A DNA stretch of 64,000 nucleotides from positions 26,536 through 90,535 of the forward strand of contig CAZKSF010000001.1 of the NCBI GenBank assembly GCA_964555405.1, read 5' to 3'. The position numbers and the translations under genes were made by a program. The notes under the pieces are model-generated. The model searched no databases and was not told where the DNA came from. It saw only the letters and a list, made by a program, of their open reading frames with translations. Positions within the stretch are counted from its first letter, which is position 1, and the number at the start of each line of letters is the position of its first letter. This DNA is from an uncultured Bacteroides sp. (lineage in GTDB: Bacteria; Bacteroidota; Bacteroidia; Bacteroidales; Muribaculaceae). Shown here piece after piece: positions 38,954 to 46,518 of the stretch.

Positions 38954-39919
38954 TCAGTCAGCCTTGACTGTAATATTGACCCTCAGTTTGTTGGTGGCAG
39001 CATCGTATTCCACTGAACTCTTGGCTGTGTCGACTGTGGGAACCGATGGATTTTCGGAGAAGGGAGAATCTCCGCCGTCAATCCCTACCACAGTACCGTC
39101 TTGTCCCAGATAACCTAATTCAGTCAAATCCAATGGGCAATTCATCTCACTATCCAAAAGTTCTTCTGTGTCCTCCGTATAGTAATAGCAGTTATGCTGA
39201 TAAATCGAAGTACAAGTTGGCGTTTCATTCAAGACGGAGTTAATAAAAGAAGATGTAATAGCACCACTATTAGTTAAATTAGCGTCCTTATTTTGTAAAA
39301 TACACGAGATTACTGTCGATGGACAATACTGACTGTTTAGTTTTATATTACAATTAATCATTGTGGTAGAGTGTGCGTAGCCTACTAACGTCAACTTTGA
39401 GTTTTTTATAAACACACTTCTATCATAACTTCCTTCAAAATCAGCTCTTTCTATGATACATTTATCATAGGTCACCTCTTGTCCTGCGTAACCACCAGCA
39501 ACAAGATCTCTTATCCAGCATCTTCTGATTTCAGATCTATATAAATTCCCTAAGGAATTAAGCTCCTCATAAAAAAAGAGTCTATCCAATCTTACACCAT
39601 CAAATAACGGCGCTTCCATATAGGAATTAGGATTAGATGACATATCGAAAGTAATATTGCCTAATATATGAGAGCCATATCCGTTACCTATAATACTCAG
39701 ACGTTTACGAATGGTATATGATCCTCCCCTAATAACGAAGTCGCCTTCCGACAGATAAATGGTATCGCCATTGACTGCGGCGTCAACAGCGCTTTCAAAT
39801 GCCGCGAGATTGGTGAAGAATGAGAGTTCGCCGTTATGAGACAGTGTCACCATAGGATTCTGTGCTAATGCTGCTACAAAAGTGCCTATAACTACGATCA
39901 TTGAAAAGATTCGCTTCAT
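38954..39919 (-). CDS. Secreted beta-helix-like hypothetical protein, co-transcribed with the scaffold
   Basis: Signal peptide ending ALA-Q; AVDAAVNGDTIYLSEG start, Asn/Cys/Ile-ladder core and YLGQDGTVVGIDGG motif; ends in two short beta-strands with no T9SS CTD; 17-bp gap to the scaffold gene. Confidence 0.75.
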   Translation of the reverse strand: MKRIFSMIVVIGTFVAALAQNPMVTLSHNGELSFFTNLAAFESAVDAAVNGDTIYLSEGDFVIRGGSYTIRKRLSIIGNGYGSHILGNITFDMSSNPNSYMEAPLFDGVRLDRLFFYEELNSLGNLYRSEIRRCWIRDLVAGGYAGQEVTYDKCIIERADFEGSYDRSVFIKNSKLTLVGYAHSTTMINCNIKLNSQYCPSTVISCILQNKDANLTNSGAITSSFINSVLNETPTCTSIYQHNCYYYTEDTEELLDSEMNCPLDLTELGYLGQDGTVVGIDGGDSPFSENPSVPTVDTAKSSVEYDAATNKLRVNITVKAD

Positions 39920-39976
39920 TGTGTGCGTATTTGAGATTTGTAATTGATTGGTTTGTGTTTGTATTGAGGTTAATAA

Positions 39977-40011
39977 GGTGCAATATTCGCAATTTTTTCC
40001 GACATATGCAA
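39977..40011. repeat. 35-bp direct repeat, copy 2 (promoter-like, upstream of the two-gene cassette)
   Basis: ggtgcaatattcgcaattttttccgacatatgcaa; on the minus strand it reads TTG-N20-GAatATTG-CA. Confidence 0.9.
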
Positions 40012-40060
40012 ATAAAAAAACGAGAGCGTGTCATACCTGAGTATTATGACACACTCTCGT
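40012..40060 (-). terminator. Terminator of the susCD operon
   Basis: acgagagcgtgtcata / tatgacacactctcgt stem with an A-run at 40013-40020 (U-tail on minus strand); abuts repeat copy 2. Confidence 0.8.
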
Positions 40061-40088
40061 CGGAGTTGGGATTATTGGTGTTTATTTA

Positions 40089-43000
40089 TTACTTTGGAGG
40101 GAAAAGAAGCATAAGCGACGGAACAGAAGAAGCTGTGTAACTGCCTATTACAGCTCCTTCGGGAGTCTGGTTCCAAGATTCTCCATCGCAAATGTTACGC
40201 GAAGGATCGCGGCGCGCCCACCCTTCAATTATATTATTCTCGATGAACGGACGGAACTGTTCCTGACCGCACTCATCAACCAAAAGCTTCATATACTGCA
40301 CCCAGATTGCAGGATAGATCCCTTGTTCAAGACCACCCTGATCCATAAGATTACGGCGGTTGTGCGCCCACGGAAGCAGACCATGATCACGTGACATCAC
40401 ATCTATGCTGTACTCGGCAGCCTTGACCGCATTATCAAGATAGCGCTGCTCACCGGTGGCGAGATACAGCAATGCCGAAGCTCCGATATAGGTGCCCTGA
40501 TTGTAGATGAGTGAGCCGCCACGGCGCTCATGACCTGCAAAATGGTCGACCACCTGACCGGTAGCGGTATCGACAAGACTGTCGACACTCCAGTCATATA
40601 TCTCGCGTGCCATCTCCATGTAGCGGTCGCGCGTCTCATAGGCAGGGCGGGTGAAATCGCCGTAACCGTTACTCCATGTTTCGGGCTTCTTGTCAGCCTT
40701 TCGTTTGGCGGGAACGGAATTGTGAAGCAGGACTGCCGCAACGACGGTCGGGAAATTTATACACGACATTTTTCCATCGGTGGCGTTCGGATATTTGGGA
40801 TCACGTAACGGTTGCCACTGCCAGAACATTCCGCCTCCGAGACCCTTTGCCGGATCGGCATAACTGCCGGCGTCACCTACTTCGGGCGACCCGTACCACA
40901 CACGGGCAAAACTCTGCTCGGCAAGACGGCGGTAAGCCTCATTTCCGGTCTGCAGATAGGCTCGCGCCATAGTGATGGTCCACCATTGGATATCATCGTA
41001 GATAAACCATCCTAATGTCTCGTCGGCATTGTCAAAATCAAAATTGAGGTAGTGCCGGATATTACCTTCGAGTATACGGTCAGCAAGATCGGCATAACGT
41101 GCTTCCCGGTCCTTGTCACCGGTCTTAGCTGCAAGAGCCGCAGCATTAAGCGCCATATCGGCAAACATCGGCTGGCACCAGATTGCAGCGGCGCCGTTGA
41201 AACGGTCTGTCGCCTTTGGATCAGCCGAGGTATTGCGGTAGATCATCTTATCGGTGTCGAGATAAACATTGTTGAATGAATCATATGCTTCCCATACATC
41301 ATCAAGAGTGTAAGCGGCAGGAAGCGCAGCAGCCGGATCCCATGAGAATGACACATGAACACCATAGGGATTATTCTCGAAGCGTACGCGGTAAGTTGAA
41401 CTTACCTCGTCCCAGTCGGCATCATCAAACACCTCTTCACCGTCGATCGTCACACTTGCGGGACGGACAGGAAGATAAACGCGTGCGACAGCCGAGGTCT
41501 CCACCGGACCCTTGGCGAGATAACTGAAATGCCCCGGAGCCGCTTTCTCATTGTATTCACGCGAAGCTGAAGCGAGCACCCGTGGAACGGTACGGTCGGT
41601 CATGCGCTGCGGATGCACGAGCAGCGCGTGATGTCCGGGGGCGACGCTGTAAGTGGAATGTACGGTAAGTTCCGGATCGTAAAGATCGATCACGGGTCCG
41701 GTAACAATTACCGGCTCATCACTGACACTTTCGTCAACCACGCCTATTACCTCATACACTCCGCGGTCAAGACGGAAATTGTTCTTGACTTCAAGTTCTC
41801 CGGCACGGGCTCTCTGCTCGTAAAGGCGTTTTACCTCATTGAAAAGCTGCTCGTCGCCTCCTTGGCTGAGGATATATTCCTTTGGGTCATGACGCATGAC
41901 AGTCACGGTACCTCTGCCTGCGCGGTGTTCACCTTCGGCAGGATGACGTCCGAGACCGAGTGTCTCGAAAAGGTGTTCGGATGGGGCTGCATAATCGTTA
42001 TCGCCGGTATTCCACCATTCGCTGACACTCTGGAAAGGATCGGCATCCGTTCCGGTAAACAGCAGGTGACCGCCGGACTCCACCCATGCGGCAAGCTGAC
42101 GATGTGCGATGCTGTCAAGAGGTTTCATATTGGAATAAGTCATCAACAGCACTTTGATATCGGCGAGAGCCGGTCCGTAACCTAAATTCTCGATATGCAC
42201 GGTCTGCACCGGGATTCCGCGCTTTATCATGGGGAGAGCCATTCCGTAAAAATTGGCAAGCTGCGGATCATCGTAACCTTCATGCTGTGGAAAGCGCTGG
42301 AACATCAGGGAGTTCCCCATAAGCACACCGATACCCTGCGATCCGCTGACCCGATTGCCGGAACGCGGCATCTTGTTAAGCGCGTTTACCATCACCTGCA
42401 TCTGAGTGGAGTAGAAGCGGGGTATGCGTCCACGCTCCTCACTGTCGGCACTCATGCGGTAGAGTCCCTCGTAGATACGCTCCGGCCAGGGCATTACCTC
42501 AAAATCGGATATACCCGGATAGAGCAGCTGGGCGGTGAAGGTTGCCTGATAATTTCTCCGGTAGTCCTCCCAGTCCTTTGCGCGGTCCTCGATGGGATCG
42601 GTGAGGAAAAACATCTTACGTCCGGTCGGGGCGGTCATGGCTTCCATTGATCCGTATTCGAGATATGCGGTCTCGAACACACGCTCGCGCTGCTTACCGT
42701 CGTAGAAATTAGGTTCGCGGGATGTACCCGTCCATACCTGGGCGATATATCCGTCGCACGACGGAAGCGAAGCGAGACTTGCCTCCGGACTTACAATCTG
42801 CCATTGGGAATAATTGACCAGAGAGTGAGTGGGCACATAGCATTTGACATCCATACCTTTGGACTTGCCATATTCCTTGGCGAAGGTGAAGATTTCGTCG
42901 AGCGCACGGTAATAGAGATGATATTTGAGTTTGTTGGAGAGATAAGTTGCTTCCGGCGACTCGTCCTGCGGACGCCAGTCGGTGCCGTAATACTCTTTCC

Positions 43001-43505
43001 ACTCGCGCTTGAATGCATCGCTGTATCCGCTCCGTGCCCAGAACTCCGGTTCCTCCATGAAAATGGCGTCGATTCCGGCATCTATGACACGCTTTATGTG
43101 TCGTCCCTTGAGATATTCGAGAAAGTTTTTCGACGGAACGATGTAAGGCACCAGATGTCCGTGCCATATCGTGTCGCCGCGCTGATTCACCTGTCCCTCG
43201 TCCAGGTGCCACTTTCCGTCCCAACCGCCGGTGAAATAGTCCTGATACTCACCCCATGCTATACCGGTCATGAAATGTACGGTATATCCATGATCGCGCC
43301 ACGAACTGACACGCTCCTCGAACGAATTGCTCCGGTGGCGGTCGGAAGGATTTCCTCCCACACCGTACACCATAACGGCATCGGCGCGGTTATCGATAGT
43401 CGGTCGCCACTCGCGCGATGTCTGGAAAGTAGTCTTGACATCGGTCTGCGCCAGCAATGCAGCGGGCATAATTACCGAAGCGAATAAAGTTATTATCTTA
43501 CTCAT
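40089..43505 (-). CDS. Fusion of an unclassified GH-like N-terminal module (~720 aa) and a C-terminal GH76 (~415 aa)
   Basis: SPI-type signal peptide; GH76 catalytic YDDIQWW and YNQG motifs; the N-module has a GH42-trimerisation-like segment (KVLLMTYSNMKP...WVESGGHLLFTG). Junction near 41340. Confidence 0.8.
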   Translation of the reverse strand: MSKIITLFASVIMPAALLAQTDVKTTFQTSREWRPTIDNRADAVMVYGVGGNPSDRHRSNSFEERVSSWRDHGYTVHFMTGIAWGEYQDYFTGGWDGKWHLDEGQVNQRGDTIWHGHLVPYIVPSKNFLEYLKGRHIKRVIDAGIDAIFMEEPEFWARSGYSDAFKREWKEYYGTDWRPQDESPEATYLSNKLKYHLYYRALDEIFTFAKEYGKSKGMDVKCYVPTHSLVNYSQWQIVSPEASLASLPSCDGYIAQVWTGTSREPNFYDGKQRERVFETAYLEYGSMEAMTAPTGRKMFFLTDPIEDRAKDWEDYRRNYQATFTAQLLYPGISDFEVMPWPERIYEGLYRMSADSEERGRIPRFYSTQMQVMVNALNKMPRSGNRVSGSQGIGVLMGNSLMFQRFPQHEGYDDPQLANFYGMALPMIKRGIPVQTVHIENLGYGPALADIKVLLMTYSNMKPLDSIAHRQLAAWVESGGHLLFTGTDADPFQSVSEWWNTGDNDYAAPSEHLFETLGLGRHPAEGEHRAGRGTVTVMRHDPKEYILSQGGDEQLFNEVKRLYEQRARAGELEVKNNFRLDRGVYEVIGVVDESVSDEPVIVTGPVIDLYDPELTVHSTYSVAPGHHALLVHPQRMTDRTVPRVLASASREYNEKAAPGHFSYLAKGPVETSAVARVYLPVRPASVTIDGEEVFDDADWDEVSSTYRVRFENNPYGVHVSFSWDPAAALPAAYTLDDVWEAYDSFNNVYLDTDKMIYRNTSADPKATDRFNGAAAIWCQPMFADMALNAAALAAKTGDKDREARYADLADRILEGNIRHYLNFDFDNADETLGWFIYDDIQWWTITMARAYLQTGNEAYRRLAEQSFARVWYGSPEVGDAGSYADPAKGLGGGMFWQWQPLRDPKYPNATDGKMSCINFPTVVAAVLLHNSVPAKRKADKKPETWSNGYGDFTRPAYETRDRYMEMAREIYDWSVDSLVDTATGQVVDHFAGHERRGGSLIYNQGTYIGASALLYLATGEQRYLDNAVKAAEYSIDVMSRDHGLLPWAHNRRNLMDQGGLEQGIYPAIWVQYMKLLVDECGQEQFRPFIENNIIEGWARRDPSRNICDGESWNQTPEGAVIGSYTASSVPSLMLLFPPK

Positions 43506-43587
43506 TGATTATGATTGATTTGAAATGGCCGCGCCACATGATATGCTCATCTGACGCGGCCACTGAAGTCTGTGTACCGGCTCCTTG

Positions 43588-44400
43588 TCAGGGCACGAGA
43601 ATCTGCATGGGCTCGCTATAGTTATAGCGGCGTACTTCAGCCGTGGAGTAATTGATACGGGCGGCAGCGCGGATATAGACACGCTGACCCGAGGGTATCT
43701 CTCCGTTTGAAGTAATAGTGATCTCCTTGCCGAAATAGTCATCGAAATCACATCCCTGGAATGTCGCGGAAGCTGACCAGCGCTCGTCGCGCGCACGATA
43801 ACCTACCGATGACGAGTAGCTTACGAACAATTGTACGTCAGTTACGTTAAGCAGGTCGTCGGAGTAATCGGAACGGGTCGGCTCGATCTTGTCGCGGAAA
43901 TCGGATTTCGCAACAGCACGCTCTACAACGATTTTGGCTTTTACCTGACCGTTGCTCACCTGCGGTTCGCCAACGATGCGGACTTTAAGGAACGGCTGTA
44001 CCTCGAATTTCACCTTGGCAGTACCCTTGATATATATTTCCTGACCTTCGTCGGCAAGCAGGACACCGTCGGGAGTCTCGCGTACGATAGGGATGAACGG
44101 TCCGTCGACACGCACATAATAGTGACCGCCGAATACCTTGGTGTTCTGGAATGTGCCGTCCGGCATTGCGTAAAAGTCGGGGTTATGATCGGCGTTCTCG
44201 CCCCAGCTCAGTTCTGTCATGCGCACACGGATTCCTTCGCTACCCTGATCGGTAAGGACGCGTTCGCCTGTGGCGACATCCACCACCTCGCCCCAGATGG
44301 TCTCTTCAGGCTCGTCGTAATTGTCGATCTCAAAGAGACTGCAGGAACTCATCGACATCATCAGTGCAGCAAGTGTGCCGAATATTTGAAGTTTTTTCAT
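43588..44400 (-). CDS. DUF3823 lipoprotein (surface glycan-binding candidate)
   Basis: Lipobox MSSC; IDNYDEP...GEVVD..TGE and DGTFQNTKVF..GPF motifs; directly after susD. Confidence 0.85.
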   Translation of the reverse strand: MKKLQIFGTLAALMMSMSSCSLFEIDNYDEPEETIWGEVVDVATGERVLTDQGSEGIRVRMTELSWGENADHNPDFYAMPDGTFQNTKVFGGHYYVRVDGPFIPIVRETPDGVLLADEGQEIYIKGTAKVKFEVQPFLKVRIVGEPQVSNGQVKAKIVVERAVAKSDFRDKIEPTRSDYSDDLLNVTDVQLFVSYSSSVGYRARDERWSASATFQGCDFDDYFGKEITITSNGEIPSGQRVYIRAAARINYSTAEVRRYNYSEPMQILVP

Positions 44401-44430
44401 TGCGATTGGTTTTCGTAAGAGAGTTATTTA

Positions 44431-46497
44431 TTAACGGTTAGGCTGCTGATCGATTACAGAGCTCTTGTTCACCTCACCGCCGGGGATTGAGAAGTAGTAG
44501 TCAACCGGGCTGTAGCTGAGCTGCTTCGATGCCATATTCTGGAAATGGGTGTCGAAGAAATATTTGTTGTTGGCTACGCAATAGAACGGATACAGACCAC
44601 GGAAACGGTAATTGTTGCTGTTGCTGAATGAATCCTTGTCGCGGACCTCGCCCCAGAAACCGTCACGACCTTCGTAGTGCTGTACACGCCAGCGACGGAT
44701 ATCCCATTTTGCCTGATGTTCGAAAGCAAGCTCCTTGCGGCGTTCGCGGCGGACTATGTTACGGCTCTCTACCGATCCGGAGAGTGTTCCGGTAAGCTGG
44801 TCGGCACCGGCACGCTCACGGATATCCTTTATAGCCTGGGTGGCGACTGCAAGCATATCGGTACCGTCGGGCGACTGAACGCCGGCGATCGCAAGTTCTA
44901 CGGCTGCCTCAGCCGCGTCAAGAAGCACTTCGGCATAACGCATCAGTATGTAGGGCTGATCGCTCACACCCTCACGACCTCCGATGAAATCGGGATCAAG
45001 CCATTTACGGGTAACAAGACCTGTGACACCTGACTCACCGTATGAGCGGTAAGGTCCGCATGGACCGGTTGCAGGCTTTTCGTTGCCGAATATATCGGTG
45101 ACATATTTCAGCTCGGTAGGACTTGCGCTCATTACAAGCTGATCAGCCTTGGCACATGAAGTGAACTCCTGAGTGGCGTTACCATAGGTATAATCGTTGA
45201 AAAGCGATGTCACGGGGAGGGAACCGGTATACGAACCGGCATACGAGTCAATTGTACCGCCGGCGAATTTGTCACCGGGGAATATTACCTGTGCGCGGAG
45301 ACGAGGCTCGGCATTGGCGAAGAAATCGTAAAGATTGTCGAACATCAGGTACTCGCCTTCGGTAATCTTATCGCCGGTAGTCACCTTAAGGGTGCCGTCG
45401 GGATAACGGTCAAATCCGTCGAAAAGCTCTACAAAATCAGCTGTCGGGCAAGTACCGCAGCTAAGCGGTGAGTGATAGGGGTAGCTTGTGCCCGGAAGAT
45501 ACGGACCGTTGTAGCCGTCGTAGCTGTGAGTGGAAGTGGGATACATGTATTCCTTTACCCACAGATGCTCGGTACTGTTGACATCAAATGTCATGTCGAC
45601 GAGGTTCTCATACTGTGCGTTGCGGTCGTTCGCAGCCCACTTTGATTTGTGAAGCGAGTAAACATTATCGGAAATGATTTCTGAAGCTGCTTTGTAGGCT
45701 TCAGCGAAATAGCGTTTTGATGCTGCTTCCCAGCTGTCGGGCGCGAAACCCATGACACGTACGTTTGTCTTGGAACCGAAACCGGTGAGGTTGCCGTCGA
45801 CAGTCTGATTGTATTTGGCGACAGATCCGGCATAGAGCATGGCACTCGACTTATAGGCAAGAGCTATGTAACGGTTGACATAACCGCGCTTGATGCTCTG
45901 AGGCATCAGAAGTTCGGCTGCTGTGGTGTAATCCTCCAGGATCTGATCCCATGTTTCTTCCTCGGATGAACGGGGAACTTCCAGATTATCCTGATCCTCG
46001 GGATAATTGATCACGCGGGTTACCAAAGGTATACCACCGTAACGCATCGCCATCTGAGTGAACATGAAGGCACGGATGAAGTATGCCTGTCCGAGATAGT
46101 TATTATAGGCGAGTTCGGTGAAATTGCCGCGATAGGCGGGCAGATTTTCGATAAGGAAGTTAGCCTTACGCAATTCACGGAAAGCATCTCTCCAGCAATC
46201 ACCGGCTTTTTCCTCACCGGTGAATGCGGTAACGATACCGTCACGACCTACAGCTTCGCCTGTTCCTTCAACACCCTTGCTGACAAGCCAGCCGTTGAAG
46301 TTGGGACCGCGCTGCGGCAGATATTTCAGGTCCTCGATGGGGAGGTTACTGTAAAGCTCGGCGAGATACAGTTCCATTCCACCCTCGTTGCTGAGAAGGT
46401 CATCGGCTGTCATCATGTTTTTGGGCGAGATGTCAAGGTCGACACACGAGGTGAGAAGACTCAGGCCCATGATGGTTGATATGATGATTTTTTTCAT
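44431..46497 (-). CDS. susD: SusD/RagB family lipoprotein
   Basis: Lipobox LTSC; GQAYFIRAF, YGGIPLV, MRYAEVLL and ERRKELAFE...WDIRRW. Confidence 0.95.
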   Translation of the reverse strand: MKKIIISTIMGLSLLTSCVDLDISPKNMMTADDLLSNEGGMELYLAELYSNLPIEDLKYLPQRGPNFNGWLVSKGVEGTGEAVGRDGIVTAFTGEEKAGDCWRDAFRELRKANFLIENLPAYRGNFTELAYNNYLGQAYFIRAFMFTQMAMRYGGIPLVTRVINYPEDQDNLEVPRSSEEETWDQILEDYTTAAELLMPQSIKRGYVNRYIALAYKSSAMLYAGSVAKYNQTVDGNLTGFGSKTNVRVMGFAPDSWEAASKRYFAEAYKAASEIISDNVYSLHKSKWAANDRNAQYENLVDMTFDVNSTEHLWVKEYMYPTSTHSYDGYNGPYLPGTSYPYHSPLSCGTCPTADFVELFDGFDRYPDGTLKVTTGDKITEGEYLMFDNLYDFFANAEPRLRAQVIFPGDKFAGGTIDSYAGSYTGSLPVTSLFNDYTYGNATQEFTSCAKADQLVMSASPTELKYVTDIFGNEKPATGPCGPYRSYGESGVTGLVTRKWLDPDFIGGREGVSDQPYILMRYAEVLLDAAEAAVELAIAGVQSPDGTDMLAVATQAIKDIRERAGADQLTGTLSGSVESRNIVRRERRKELAFEHQAKWDIRRWRVQHYEGRDGFWGEVRDKDSFSNSNNYRFRGLYPFYCVANNKYFFDTHFQNMASKQLSYSPVDYYFSIPGGEVNKSSVIDQQPNR

Positions 46498-46518
46498 TGC
46501 ATTTACAAAATTAGTGAT

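Noticed and set aside
35060-40011. Invertible (phase-variable) promoter
   Set aside because: The repeats are direct, not inverted, and no invertase is nearby.
43526-43562. Hairpin tggccgcg...cgcggcca between DUF3823 and the GH76 fusion
   Set aside because: It is a short stem with no U-tract, most likely an ordinary intra-operon stability element; too weak to call.
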